Positions 10,775 through 21,053 of a stretch of DNA of 64,000 nucleotides are shown piece after piece; the first letter of the stretch is position 1, and the number at the start of each line of letters is the position of its first letter. Made by a program: the position numbers and the translations under genes. This DNA is from an archaeon (GTDB taxonomy: Archaea > Iainarchaeota > Iainarchaeia > Iainarchaeales > 1-14-0-10-31-34): positions 66,253 to 130,252 of the forward strand of contig JBDRFE010000002.1 in assembly GCA_043819075.1 (NCBI GenBank), in the 5' to 3' direction. Under the pieces are notes generated by a model that saw only the letters and a list, made by a program, of their open reading frames with translations, had not been told where the DNA came from and made no database searches.

Positions 10775-12031
10775 GTGTTTAAAAAAATTAGTTCTTGCAG
10801 GATATGCAATTCAAAAAACCTTTCAAAATACCTTGACTTAGGTGAAACTCCTTTAGCTAATTCTTTAATCAAGCCTGAAAACAAAAACCAAAAAGAATTG
10901 TTTTTTCCGCTGGAAACGCTTTATTGTTCAGATTGTTCGCTTTCACAGTTAAGCATTGTGGTTGACCCGAAAACAATGTTTTCTGATTACGTTTACCGTT
11001 CAAGTGTTTCAGAAACCTTCAGAAAGCATTGCAGTGAACTTGCAGTTGAACTAAAAAAAAGATTTGAAAAAAATGATTTAAAGGCATTGGATATCGCAAG
11101 CAATGACGGCTGCCTTTTAATGGAATTCAAAAAACACGGATTCAGCGTAATCGGAGTAGAACCTGCAAAAAACATTGCCGTAATAGCAGAAAAAAACAAA
11201 ATTCACACAATAACTGAATTTTGGGGTGAAAAAACAGCAGAAAAAGTCTTAAAAGAATTTAATGGCAAAGCAGATGTAATTACTGCAACAAATGTTTTAG
11301 CCCATGTGGACAAAGTATCAGATTTTGTTTCTGCAATGCATTCAGTTTTAGATGAAAACGGCTTGATTGTAATTGAAGTTCCTAGCGCTGAAAAACTAAT
11401 TGAAGAAAACGAGTTTGACACAATCTATCACGAGCATTTGTCTTATTTTTTGTTAAAGCCTTTAATTGAATTATTTGAAAGGAATTCGTTTAAGGCAGTT
11501 GATGTGGAACAGATTGGAATTCACGGCGGAACAATAAGGTTTTTTGCAGCAAAAAATTCTTCTAAAAGAAAGCCAAATACTAAAGCATTAACTGGTTTTC
11601 TTGAAAAAGAAAACGCCTCGGGATTATATGAATTAAAAACTTATTTGAGGCTTGCAGAAAACACGAAAAAAATCAAGTCAGATTTAACTTCTTTGCTGAA
11701 AAAACTTAAATCAGAAAACAAGTCAGTTGCAGCTTACGGTGCTTCAGCCAAAGGAAGCACTTTGCTTAATTACTGTAACATTGGAACAGATTTCATTGAT
11801 TTTATTGTTGATGACACTCCGGAAAAACAAAACAAGCTTACCCCAGGAAACCATATTTCAGTTTTTCCAAGAACCCGTTTAGAAAAAGAAAAGCCGGATT
11901 TCTTGTTATTGCTTTCATGGAATTTTGCACGAGAGTTCATTAAAAAAACTCCAGAGCACAGGCTGAGAGGCGGAAAATACATTCTTCCAATTCCTGCAGT
12001 TAAAATCATTTCTTCAGAAGATGAGCTTTAA
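10775..12031 (+). CDS. NDP-hexose C-methyltransferase-like SAM methyltransferase (Zn-ribbon N-terminal domain plus class I MTase)
   Basis: N-terminal CRIC...CSDCS zinc-binding domain followed by DIASNDGCLL (SAM motif I) and a C-terminal C-methyltransferase-like domain; architecture of TylCIII-type sugar C-methyltransferases. Confidence 0.6.
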   Translation: MFKKISSCRICNSKNLSKYLDLGETPLANSLIKPENKNQKELFFPLETLYCSDCSLSQLSIVVDPKTMFSDYVYRSSVSETFRKHCSELAVELKKRFEKNDLKALDIASNDGCLLMEFKKHGFSVIGVEPAKNIAVIAEKNKIHTITEFWGEKTAEKVLKEFNGKADVITATNVLAHVDKVSDFVSAMHSVLDENGLIVIEVPSAEKLIEENEFDTIYHEHLSYFLLKPLIELFERNSFKAVDVEQIGIHGGTIRFFAAKNSSKRKPNTKALTGFLEKENASGLYELKTYLRLAENTKKIKSDLTSLLKKLKSENKSVAAYGASAKGSTLLNYCNIGTDFIDFIVDDTPEKQNKLTPGNHISVFPRTRLEKEKPDFLLLLSWNFAREFIKKTPEHRLRGGKYILPIPAVKIISSEDEL

Positions 12032-12891
12032 TGAAAAAAAAAGTTTTAGTAATCGGTGCAAGCGGTTTTCTTGGAACAGCTTTAATGCAAGAGCTTTCAA
12101 AAAAATTCAATGTTATTGGCACTTTTTTTGGGGAAAAAAAGCAGGGCTTGATTGAATTAGACTTAAATAATTCAGTTCAGCTGGATTCAGTCCTGAACTC
12201 TGTTTTCCCTGAATTAATTGTTTTGGCCGCAGCAGAAACAGATGTTGATGCATATGAATTAAAACCTGAAATTTCAAGAAACCAGATTATTTCAGCAAAA
12301 AAAATAGTTGAATACTGTAAAGAAAAAAATTGTTTTCTTGTTTTCATTTCAACTGACGCAGTATTTGACGGAAAAAAAGGAAACTATAATGAAACAGACG
12401 CCCCTAATCCAATCTGTGAATACGGCAGAAACAAATTATCCCTAGAAAAAATAATTTCATCACTGAAAAATTATTTGATTTTAAGAACTTCTGTTCTTTA
12501 TGGTTTGCCTCTTTCTCCTGACAAGTTTATTGGAGGAACAATTCTAAAGCTTTTAAAAAAAGAAAAAGTTTTTGTCGCAGAAGACTGGAAGAGAACTCCA
12601 ACTCTTACAACAGATCTTGCCAAAGCTTTAATTAATTTAACAGAAAAAAACCAAAAAGGATTATTTCATGCTGCAGGAAATTCAAGCCTTTCCTCTTATG
12701 AAACTGCTCTGGCAATAGCAGAGAAATTTAATGTTCCTTCATCTTTAATAGAAAAAATAAAAGGAGATGAATTAAAGCTTCCTGCAAAAAGGCCATTGGA
12801 TTCTTCTCTGAATATTTCCAAGCTTTTGTCTCTTGGAATCAGGATGAGTTCTTTTGAAGAAGGGCTTGAATTCATTCACTCTAATCTTTAG
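12031..12891 (+). CDS. dTDP-4-dehydrorhamnose reductase-like NAD(P)-dependent sugar reductase (RmlD family)
   Basis: [14 protein letters not shown] Rossmann motif, YGRNK catalytic Tyr-x3-Lys, ~286 aa. Confidence 0.65.
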   Translation: MKKKVLVIGASGFLGTALMQELSKKFNVIGTFFGEKKQGLIELDLNNSVQLDSVLNSVFPELIVLAAAETDVDAYELKPEISRNQIISAKKIVEYCKEKNCFLVFISTDAVFDGKKGNYNETDAPNPICEYGRNKLSLEKIISSLKNYLILRTSVLYGLPLSPDKFIGGTILKLLKKEKVFVAEDWKRTPTLTTDLAKALINLTEKNQKGLFHAAGNSSLSSYETALAIAEKFNVPSSLIEKIKGDELKLPAKRPLDSSLNISKLLSLGIRMSSFEEGLEFIHSNL

Positions 12892-15488
12892 TCTTCTATT
12901 CCGTTTTCTGTTACCCTGTAAACTGCTTCTCCGTCTGGAAGTGATGGGCTGTCAACTAATTTTGCAACTCTTTTCTCTGCTTTTGCTTTTCTTAGATACA
13001 ATCTAGTTTTGCTGTTGTGTACTATGAAACCATTTGCAATGTAATTTTCTGTTTCTGGGACACTGATGTCATATAGTGGCAGGTTGTTTTTCTGCTTTTT
13101 AATGCTTGTAACTTTCCCGAAAGAAATTTCTCTGTTCTGAATTGCTTCCATTAATGCTATTTTTTCTTTGTGTTGTTCAGGAATTTCTTTGCTTTTTATT
13201 GTGTTCAAAATCATTTTTAGTTCATGCATACCAATGTATTTGTAGTTTCTAGATTGAATTACCTTGCTTGGATATTTAACTAATTCTTTTAAGAAGCCCC
13301 AAACAACTTTTCTTTCAATTGGAACAGTAACTTTTGCCCTGTTTTCGCTGAATTCTTTTATCCATTTATCAAGTTTTTTTCTTTTATCTGGAGCACTGAC
13401 GCTAATTTCCCTTCCATATTTCACCACATCTTCACTGAATATTTCTAAAGATTGAAATTCTTTTGCTCCGTATTTCAGAATCCTAGATTTTATTCCAAAC
13501 CTTAGCAACAGCATTTGAATTATTTGCAGTATTTCCTTGTCTTTTTGTCCGATACTAATCCTTCTAATGCTTTTGTCAATATGCCCTTCTGCATCAACAA
13601 ATCCTTTAATGAATGCTTTGACAACAGGTTTTGGCGACTGTGTGATTAATGGGATATAATTTTTTTTAATGTAAGAAAACAATTCCCTTATTTCTTTACT
13701 GTTCACACTTAACTGCCAGCAATTTTTGTCTTTAACTTTAGAAAATTTTCCCTCCATATTAAAGACGCTTTTGAACAGTTTTTCATAAGTCTCCAGAACT
13801 TCTTTTCTTGCATCTTTAAACCTTAAACTTCTTTGCTCAAGATTTCCATCACCTAAAAAATAACCAGTCGTTTGTGCAAGTTCTTCAGAGAATGTTTCCG
13901 GAACAGTTAATGGTCTGTGCCTGTAATTTAAAGCAGGTTGTGTTTCTTCTATTATTTCTTCTGCAATTCCTTCATCAAACCCTAAACCAAAAATGCTGTT
14001 CATGTTTTCCATTGAAATTGGTCTGCTTTCATTCAAAGATCTTCTTAAAGACCTTTTATCAAAAGGCATTTCTTCACAAAACTGTTCTCTGGTAAAACCC
14101 CTGTTTTTAATAGTGTTTTTTATTAGTTCAGCGCCTTTCTTGTTGACAATCAAGAATTCTTTTAATTGCATTTTCGGAATTTCTTGTTCACTACTTTCAA
14201 TTTCTATTTTTCCTGCCTGCAACAAGTAGTCATTTTTCTTGATATCTTTTGCTTTTACTTCCCTGACTTCAAATCCATTTAACTTAAAGAATTTGTGGTT
14301 TGGAGAAGCGTTAATTTGATGCCCTGTATCAATTAAATAGCTTTCTTTTATGTCATCTCTTTTTGATTTGCATGAAACAACTGAAACTTTTCCTTTTAAT
14401 TCCTTAAAGTCGGTTGAACAAACAGTTTTTTCTGCGAACTCTTTTATTTTGGTGATCTGCCCATTGCCTGTTTGAATTAATGTATTTGGGTCAAGACAGG
14501 CGTGCCCAACCACATGGCCTCCAATTGGCGCAGTGGGGTCGCCGAATAAAATGTCTGGCCTGGACATTACCTGGTTTGTAACCAGCAAAGCAATGTTGTT
14601 CATTTCAGCTAATTTCATTAAAGTATGCATGTGCTTGTTTAGTTTTTGCTGCCTTCCTGCAAGAGTTCCTCGGCCAATGAATTCTGCCCTGAATTGAGAT
14701 GTTAAGGAATCAACTATTACCAGCTTGATGTTATTGCTTTTAATCATGTCTTCTGCTTTGTCAGCCAAAACCATTTGGTGGTCTGAGTTAAAGGCTCTTG
14801 CAACAAAAATGTTTTTCAAAACTTTTTTTTCATCTAAGCCAAAATGTTTTGCAATGCTTATCACTCTTTCTGGCCTGAAAGAATTCTCTGAATCAATGTA
14901 TAAAACATTTCCATTCAAGCCTCCTTTTTCTTTTGGCAGCTGGGTTGTAACGCATAACTGAAAACACCATTGGGTTTTTCCTGACGCATACTGGCCGTAC
15001 ACTTCTGTAATGCTTTGGGTTTCAATTCCTCCGCCGATTAAGTCATCTAATTCTTTTGAGCCAGTGGTAATTCTTCCGATAATAAGCCTTCTTTCCTGTA
15101 TTTTGTCTGCTGTCTCGTAACCCATTTCAAGTGATTCTCTTGCAGCATTAATTGCTTTTGTTGCAGTTATTTCGCCTAAACCAGCGGCTTCCATTAATTC
15201 TGCTGGAGAAGCAACAGCAATGTTTTCCATTGTCTTGTATCCTGCGCCGATTAATTTTTCAGCTGAAGTTGTTCCAACCCCGGGCAAATCTGAAATGCTT
15301 TTGTATTTTTTTCCTCTGGATTTTTTTTCTTCTGGTTCAGTTGTTTCTTCTTCTGAAGAATCAGTTATTTCTTGTGTTTTGTTTGTTGTTTCTTCAATTG
15401 CTTCTGTTTCTGTTGTGGTTTTGTTTTTCGCCATGATTTCATCTCCTGCATCAAGTTTTTTCAGGCTGTTGTTCTCGGCTGAACTCAC
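12888..15488 (-). CDS. radA: DNA repair and recombination protein RadA, containing a 495-aa intein; acidic/Thr-rich N-terminal extension
   Basis: HhH domain ([18 protein letters not shown]), Walker A (GQYASGKTQ), ...[10 protein letters not shown] | intein | [23 protein letters not shown]...; an alternative start at ATG 15434 (MAKNK...) is possible. Confidence 0.9.
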   Translation of the reverse strand: MSSAENNSLKKLDAGDEIMAKNKTTTETEAIEETTNKTQEITDSSEEETTEPEEKKSRGKKYKSISDLPGVGTTSAEKLIGAGYKTMENIAVASPAELMEAAGLGEITATKAINAARESLEMGYETADKIQERRLIIGRITTGSKELDDLIGGGIETQSITEVYGQYASGKTQWCFQLCVTTQLPKEKGGLNGNVLYIDSENSFRPERVISIAKHFGLDEKKVLKNIFVARAFNSDHQMVLADKAEDMIKSNNIKLVIVDSLTSQFRAEFIGRGTLAGRQQKLNKHMHTLMKLAEMNNIALLVTNQVMSRPDILFGDPTAPIGGHVVGHACLDPNTLIQTGNGQITKIKEFAEKTVCSTDFKELKGKVSVVSCKSKRDDIKESYLIDTGHQINASPNHKFFKLNGFEVREVKAKDIKKNDYLLQAGKIEIESSEQEIPKMQLKEFLIVNKKGAELIKNTIKNRGFTREQFCEEMPFDKRSLRRSLNESRPISMENMNSIFGLGFDEGIAEEIIEETQPALNYRHRPLTVPETFSEELAQTTGYFLGDGNLEQRSLRFKDARKEVLETYEKLFKSVFNMEGKFSKVKDKNCWQLSVNSKEIRELFSYIKKNYIPLITQSPKPVVKAFIKGFVDAEGHIDKSIRRISIGQKDKEILQIIQMLLLRFGIKSRILKYGAKEFQSLEIFSEDVVKYGREISVSAPDKRKKLDKWIKEFSENRAKVTVPIERKVVWGFLKELVKYPSKVIQSRNYKYIGMHELKMILNTIKSKEIPEQHKEKIALMEAIQNREISFGKVTSIKKQKNNLPLYDISVPETENYIANGFIVHNSKTRLYLRKAKAEKRVAKLVDSPSLPDGEAVYRVTENGIED
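13014..14498 (-). mobile_element. Intein with LAGLIDADG homing endonuclease inserted in radA
   Basis: Starts [13 protein letters not shown], ends ...NGFIVHN followed by the Ser +1 of the C-extein; LAGLIDADG-like blocks [11 protein letters not shown] and [11 protein letters not shown]. Confidence 0.85.
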
Positions 15489-15518
15489 CTATTAACCTGC
15501 GCTGTAAACAATGATTTT

Positions 15519-15557
15519 CCTTTGTTTTTAAATACTTTTCACGCCAGACTGCCGTTG
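15519..15557 (-). promoter_or_regulatory. radA promoter: AACGGCAGTC motif, then TGAAAAG, then TATTTAAAAAC TATA box
   Basis: Reverse complement reads CAACGGCAGTCTGGCGTGAAAAGTATTTAAAAAC; alignable with four other promoters in the window. Confidence 0.55.
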
Positions 15558-15626
15558 ATTTTTAATAGCTTTTTCCCATTTATTCTTTCTTTCACGCACT
15601 AAAAAAGGATTTAATAAGGGGATTAA

Positions 15627-16766
15627 ATGGTGTCAGACAAGTTCAAAGAAATTTCTGCTTCAGAGACTTTAGCCATTAATGCAAAAGCAAATGAGTTAAA
15701 AGAAAAAGGCTTTAATGTAATAAATTTTTCTGTCGGCGAACCGGATTTTAATTCACCTGAAAACGTTAAACAAGCAGGAATTAATGCATTAAAAGAAAAT
15801 TTTACGCGTTATACTGCTGCCGCAGGAATTAAGCCTTTAAAGCAGAAAATAAAAGAAAAGCTTTTGAAAGACAACTCTTTAGATTATTCTCTTGACCAGA
15901 TTGTTGTCTGCAACGGGGCAAAACAAGCCTTATACAATGCTGTAATGGTTTTATGCAATAAAGGAGACGAAGTAATTGTTCCAGCGCCTTATTGGGTGAG
16001 TTATTCTGCAATGGTTTTGCTTGCAGACGCAAAACCTGTTTTTACCTGCAATGAATCATTGAAAATCACGCCGGAAGAATTTGAGAACTCTGTTACAAAA
16101 AAAACCAAAGCACTTTTTTTGAATTCCCCCAGCAACCCGACAGGCTTAATGTACTCTAAAAAAGAATTAGAGGAATTAGCTGAAATTGCAGTCAAAAAAA
16201 AAGTTTTTGTTCTGTCAGATGAAGTGTATGAAAAAATCGTTTTTGATGAAAAACATTATTCTATTGCTTCTTTTAATGACGAAATAAAAGCCTTAACCAT
16301 CACAGTTAACAGCGTTTCAAAATCCCATTCAATGACAGGCTATAGGATTGGCTACACGGCTTCAAACAACGAAATTTCTTCTGCAATGCAAAAAATCCAG
16401 TCGCATTCAACCGGTTCGGCTTGCTCTTTTTCGCAGAAAGCGGCTTTAGCTGCATTTGATTCAGATAAAATAGAGCTGCAAAAACAGGTTCAGGAATTCA
16501 AAAAAAGAAGGGATTTGATTGCAGCACAATTAAAGAACTCAAAAATAAAATTTATTTTGCCGCAAGGAGCATTTTATTTCTTTTTTAATTTAAAGGAAAT
16601 AACAAAAGATGATGTAAAGTTTTGTGCTGATTTGCTTGAAAAAAAGTATGTTGCATTGGTTCCGGGAACGCCTTTCGGCATGAAAGGATACGCAAGAATG
16701 AGTTATGCGTGTTCTTTGGATGAAATAACTGAAGGAATAAAAAGAATAAAGGAATTCGTTCAGTGA
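15627..16766 (+). CDS. Class I pyridoxal-phosphate aminotransferase (aspartate aminotransferase-like)
   Basis: NFSVGEPDF, NSPSNPTG, SKSHSMTGYRIGY (PLP-lysine region). Confidence 0.8.
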   Translation: MVSDKFKEISASETLAINAKANELKEKGFNVINFSVGEPDFNSPENVKQAGINALKENFTRYTAAAGIKPLKQKIKEKLLKDNSLDYSLDQIVVCNGAKQALYNAVMVLCNKGDEVIVPAPYWVSYSAMVLLADAKPVFTCNESLKITPEEFENSVTKKTKALFLNSPSNPTGLMYSKKELEELAEIAVKKKVFVLSDEVYEKIVFDEKHYSIASFNDEIKALTITVNSVSKSHSMTGYRIGYTASNNEISSAMQKIQSHSTGSACSFSQKAALAAFDSDKIELQKQVQEFKKRRDLIAAQLKNSKIKFILPQGAFYFFFNLKEITKDDVKFCADLLEKKYVALVPGTPFGMKGYARMSYACSLDEITEGIKRIKEFVQ

Positions 16767-16820
16767 AGTTTTTCCAAAAAAATAGTTTTTTAATACTATT
16801 TTAATTTATTTGATTATACT

Positions 16821-17120
16821 ATGAAGAAAATTTGCCCTCAATGCGGAATCATTTTTGAAGTTGCTTCAGACCCGGCTTTTTGTTCAGTTAAATGCAAGAA
16901 TCTTTTCCAGCAGCCAGGCTTTTTTGCAGCCAAAGGAAGCGCTGGTTTAAGAGCCAAATCTTTTTGGGAAGACGCCCAGACAGAAGTTTTTAAAGGAAAA
17001 GGAATAAATCCAGTTCAATCTGATTCAAGCCAGCCAAAGTTTGCGAAAACAGAAAAAAAAGAAATTAAAGCACAAGAAACAGAAGACTTTGAAATAATCG
17101 TGGCAAAAAAAAAGAACTAA
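16821..17120 (+). CDS. Small zinc-ribbon protein, function unknown
   Basis: CPQCG...CSVKC four-Cys ribbon, Lys-rich tail. Confidence 0.4.
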   Translation: MKKICPQCGIIFEVASDPAFCSVKCKNLFQQPGFFAAKGSAGLRAKSFWEDAQTEVFKGKGINPVQSDSSQPKFAKTEKKEIKAQETEDFEIIVAKKKN

Positions 17121-17126
17121 AAAAAA

Positions 17127-17789
17127 CTATTTGTTTAATTCAGCCAGAATTGCTTCCCTTAATTTTCCCCAGCTATCCACTTTTTTTCCGTTAACAAAAA
17201 AAGTCGGTGTTCCGCCTACCCCGTCTTTTGTTCCCTGTAAAACCTGTGAATTAATCAAAGAGTCTTTTGTGTTTCCATCCAAGGTTTCAGTGAATTTTTC
17301 TGTATCCAAACCAAGTTCTTCTGCATACTTAATCAAGTCTTCTCTAAGCAAATGATCCTGGTTTTCAAATAACTTGTCATGGTATTCCCAGAATTTTCCC
17401 TGGTCGTTTGCTGCTTCAGCTGCAACAGCTGCCTTAAAAGCAAAAGGATGAATTGAAGTTAAAGGAAAATGCCTGAACTCAAATTTTATCTGGTCACCAA
17501 ATTCATTAATGACATTCTTGCTGTAAGAATAAGCTGCACCGCACGCAGGGCACTGGAAATCAGAGTACTCTATTACAACAACTTTGGCTTCAGGATTGCC
17601 TTTGAATGGCCTTCCGTTATCGGTTATTCCTGTATCTGCATCAGGATGGCCTAATAAATAAAATCCTGTTATTGGTCCGCCAAAAACCAATACCCCTAAA
17701 ACAGCTATAACAAGTATTCCTATAATAATTTTTCCAAAATTATTGTCTTCTTTTTTTGATTCAATTTTTTTTTCTTTCAGTTTACTCAA
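17127..17789 (-). CDS. Membrane-anchored DsbA-like thiol-disulfide oxidoreductase
   Basis: N-terminal TM helix, then a thioredoxin fold with a CPAC active site (DFQCPACG) and the DsbA-like helical insert. Confidence 0.7.
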   Translation of the reverse strand: MSKLKEKKIESKKEDNNFGKIIIGILVIAVLGVLVFGGPITGFYLLGHPDADTGITDNGRPFKGNPEAKVVVIEYSDFQCPACGAAYSYSKNVINEFGDQIKFEFRHFPLTSIHPFAFKAAVAAEAANDQGKFWEYHDKLFENQDHLLREDLIKYAEELGLDTEKFTETLDGNTKDSLINSQVLQGTKDGVGGTPTFFVNGKKVDSWGKLREAILAELNK

Positions 17790-17934
17790 AAAAACACCTT
17801 TTATGTAGACTTTTCCTTTAATATTCTGGCAGGCAAAGATTTAAATTAATAATTTTTTGCTTAGTTTTCGCCCCTTTTTTAATACCATTCTTTTTTATTT
17901 CTTTTTTCATCCAATTTGTACAAGAGTTTTTTTT

Positions 17935-19050
17935 ATGCCTTCAGATAAAATGGTTTTGCCAACAAAACAGATTGCTTTTGCAGTAATAATTATTCTTGCG
18001 CTTTTAGCTGTTTCTTTTTTATGGATTCAGTTTTCTAATTCAGGAAACAACAATTCCGATGACTTGAACACATCAGACAATAATTCTGTTGTTGGCCCGC
18101 ATTTCATTAATTTAACTATTGTAGAAAAAAATGACTGCCTTGAATGCATTTCATTGGATGCATTAGTTACTGCAATAGAAAGCTTTGATGTTAACATTCT
18201 TGGGGTAAAAACAGTTGACGCTGATTCAACTGAAGGAAAAAACTTAATTGCAATGCACAATATTTCAAAGCTTCCCGTGCTTATTGTCAACGGAAGCTTT
18301 CAGGAAACAGACTTACAGCAGGCTTGGTCTGAAATAGGCGATGAATCAAACGGAGTATTAGTATTAAGAAAAGTCTTTCCCCCGTTTTATTCTTTGGAAG
18401 AAAACATGCTTGTAGGAAAAGTAAATTTGCTTGAAATCAAGAACTCTTCTTGTACTGACTGCATTGACTTAAACTTTGTTTTCACTGACTTAAGCCAGTT
18501 AGGCGTATTATTTGAAAGCCACAGAACAATTGAATTTGATTCAGCTGAAGCAAAAGACTTAATTGAATTTTATTTAATTGACAGAATTCCTGTTGTGCTT
18601 TTAGGCGGGGATGTAATTGAATATGATTTCATTACTTCTGTCTGGGACCAGGTCGGAATAATCGATGAAGACGGAACATTTGTTTACAATGAGGCTGTTC
18701 CATACTATGACTTGTTTTCTGGCGAGACAAAAGGATTAGTTGAAGTAACTAAATTAGTTGATGCAAACTGCTCTGATTGCCTTGACGTAAACCTTTTGCT
18801 TCTTCCATTAAACCAGTTTGGGGTAAAAATAACCAAAGAAACAACAATTGATGTTTCTTCTGAAGAAGGCAAAGCTTTAATTGAAAAATATTTAATTCAA
18901 AAAGTGCCTACAATAATTGTTTCAAGCGAGGCAGAAGAATACCTTGCTTTTTTTGTTTCATGGCCTGATCTTGGCTCTCAGGAAGAAGACGGAAAATTTG
19001 TTTTCAGAAACCTGGAAGCAGTCGGCCAGCCGTTCAAGACACTAGAATAA
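17935..19050 (+). CDS. Membrane-anchored protein with three tandem thioredoxin-like CxxC domains
   Basis: N-terminal TM helix, then three ~95-aa repeats each with CxxC (NDCLEC, SSCTDC, ANCSDC) and a downstream cis-Pro-type motif (KLPVLIVNG, RIPVVLLGG, KVPTIIVSS). Confidence 0.6.
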   Translation: MPSDKMVLPTKQIAFAVIIILALLAVSFLWIQFSNSGNNNSDDLNTSDNNSVVGPHFINLTIVEKNDCLECISLDALVTAIESFDVNILGVKTVDADSTEGKNLIAMHNISKLPVLIVNGSFQETDLQQAWSEIGDESNGVLVLRKVFPPFYSLEENMLVGKVNLLEIKNSSCTDCIDLNFVFTDLSQLGVLFESHRTIEFDSAEAKDLIEFYLIDRIPVVLLGGDVIEYDFITSVWDQVGIIDEDGTFVYNEAVPYYDLFSGETKGLVEVTKLVDANCSDCLDVNLLLLPLNQFGVKITKETTIDVSSEEGKALIEKYLIQKVPTIIVSSEAEEYLAFFVSWPDLGSQEEDGKFVFRNLEAVGQPFKTLE

Positions 19051-20295
19051 TTTTTCCAGAACTAATTCTGTTTCCCCTGTAAAAGAATTATTTTTTGTTC
19101 TTGCAAGAAAACTGACTTCTTTTCCCCTGATTTCTTCATTTAATTCTTTTATCAGTTCCTCTATTATTATTTCTTCTGCCCTTGTCTCTATTTCTTTTGT
19201 TGTTTTTCCAATAATTGTTTCAGCTTTTTTTCCGTAAACAATTGCGTTCATTAAAGCGGTTTCATCCTCTAATTCAAATGAAACAACAAGCTTTCTTTCA
19301 GGCTTTAATACCTGCCCGCAGTTTCTGCAGAAAAAACTGTTGTTTTCTTCTTCAAGTTTTTTTCCGCATTCAGGGCACACATTAAATAAAAGCCTGGTTT
19401 TATTCAATCCTTTTATTTTTCCGCTTGCAACAAACTTTTGCCCTGTGCCCGCATTATTCAGTTCGGTTTTTCCGAAAAAATTAATGCATAATTCTTTTAA
19501 TTCTTTTAATGCTGTTTCCTGTAATTCCTTTATTTGAGAGCTTTCAGCTGAATGCAGTTCAATTGCGCCAAAATTTTTTTTTGCGTTAAAGCCTTTTAAT
19601 TCAACGGCTTTCCCTTCAGTTATTTTTTCTTTTGCTTTTTCGTTCCATAAAACCGCATTAATCGCCCCTGTTCCGTCAATTAATTCAATTCTTTTAAGCA
19701 TTCCGTTTTTTCCGTTGGATTCAAATTCTTTTAAAGGGAATTCCTTTAAAACCCTTGCCTGAACTGAAACATTTTTTTCCCATTCCTTTACTTCAGAAAT
19801 ATTTTTTGTTTTTGTTTCAGTTTCTTTTTCATTTATTTTTTCCTTTAATTCCATTACTCCGTTAAACCCTTTCTTTAACTGCAATCTTCCGTTAAATTCA
19901 CCCGCAGAAAACTCTTTTAACTCAATTCTTTTTCCTTCATCTTTTTCGCTTAACATTGTGGTATCATTATTCCATAATACTAGGGTTGCCTCGCCTGTTT
20001 TGTCTTTTATTAAAGCGTTTTTTACTTTGCCTTTTTTTCCTTTTGACTCAAATTCCCTTTCAGGGTAAACTGAAACAATTTCTGCTTTCAGGTTAACTGT
20101 TTCATTGCTTTTTATTTCAGAAATTGTTTTGTATTCCTGTTCTGAGTTAACTCCTGTTTCCCTTGCAATAAGGTATAATGCGGCTTCTTCGTTAAGCATT
20201 CCGGAAAACTTTTTCACTTTTTCCCTTATTTTTTCGTTTAATTCTTTTTCGCTGAGTTTTCCTTTTTCAAGGATTTCTTCCCTTAATTTCTGCAT
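19042..20295 (-). CDS. Replication protein A-like ssDNA-binding protein (multiple OB folds plus C-terminal zinc ribbon)
   Basis: Repeated OB-fold blocks (VNLKAEIVSV..., VSVQARVLKEF...), C4 zinc ribbon (CPECGKK...CRNCGQ). Confidence 0.7.
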   Translation of the reverse strand: MQKLREEILEKGKLSEKELNEKIREKVKKFSGMLNEEAALYLIARETGVNSEQEYKTISEIKSNETVNLKAEIVSVYPEREFESKGKKGKVKNALIKDKTGEATLVLWNNDTTMLSEKDEGKRIELKEFSAGEFNGRLQLKKGFNGVMELKEKINEKETETKTKNISEVKEWEKNVSVQARVLKEFPLKEFESNGKNGMLKRIELIDGTGAINAVLWNEKAKEKITEGKAVELKGFNAKKNFGAIELHSAESSQIKELQETALKELKELCINFFGKTELNNAGTGQKFVASGKIKGLNKTRLLFNVCPECGKKLEEENNSFFCRNCGQVLKPERKLVVSFELEDETALMNAIVYGKKAETIIGKTTKEIETRAEEIIIEELIKELNEEIRGKEVSFLARTKNNSFTGETELVLEKLF

Positions 20296-20332
20296 TACAT
20301 AGTTAACTCCAGAAAACCTTTAATTCCTTTTA

Positions 20333-20992
20333 TTGCCCAGTTATTTAATGCCATTGCTTAATCCAATAAAAAACGTTTTTCTCTTTAAAACAGCCGAATT
20401 TTCCTGTAACTCCTATTTAATCAAAGGAAAACAGAATGTTTTGGTTGATTCAGGTTCTGCTTCCTCAATTCCAGAGCATGTTTTAATGCTCAAAGAACTT
20501 AATTTGAAGCCTTTAGATATTGATTTTGTTTTTCACACTCATGGCCATTACGACCATTTTGAGGCAGACAAAATTTACGGCAATGCAAAAAAGTTCATCA
20601 GCAAAACTGAAGCAGAATTACTTGAAAACAACAGGCAGGAATTTACTAAAAGCAGTTTTTCTTTTGTTCCAGAATTCTCTTTTTTTTCAGAAAACCAATT
20701 GCTTGAATTTTTTCCTTTTGCCTTGAAAGTAATTTTTACCCCGGGCCATTCCAAAGGCTCTGTTTGTTTTTTTGAAGAAAAAAAGAAATGGCTTTTTTCC
20801 GGCGACACTTTGTTCGAAAAAACAATTGGCAGAACTGATTTGCCAAGCTCTTCTTTTGATGAACTAAAAAACTCGATTAAACTGCTTTCAGAACTTGAAA
20901 TAAGTTTTTTGTTTCCAGGCCACGGAAAAATAATTTCCGGAATAAAAGAAAACAAAGAAAACTTTAATTTTATTAATAAAAACTTTTTTTAG
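20333..20992 (+). CDS. Metallo-beta-lactamase fold hydrolase
   Basis: HTHGHYDHF (HxHxDH) motif. Confidence 0.7.
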   Translation: MPSYLMPLLNPIKNVFLFKTAEFSCNSYLIKGKQNVLVDSGSASSIPEHVLMLKELNLKPLDIDFVFHTHGHYDHFEADKIYGNAKKFISKTEAELLENNRQEFTKSSFSFVPEFSFFSENQLLEFFPFALKVIFTPGHSKGSVCFFEEKKKWLFSGDTLFEKTIGRTDLPSSSFDELKNSIKLLSELEISFLFPGHGKIISGIKENKENFNFINKNFF

Positions 20993-20997
20993 CCAGA

Positions 20998-21031
20998 AAC
21001 ACCGGCAGTCAACCATCAAAGCAAATAAAAA
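20998..21031 (+). promoter_or_regulatory. Shared motif AACACCGGCAGTCA plus TATA (AAATAAAAA), 25 nt upstream of the PIN-gene ATG
   Basis: ACACCGGCAGTCAACCATCAAAGCAAATAAAAACAGG. Confidence 0.5.
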
Positions 21032-21053
21032 CAGGCAAAACAAGTTTTTTTCT

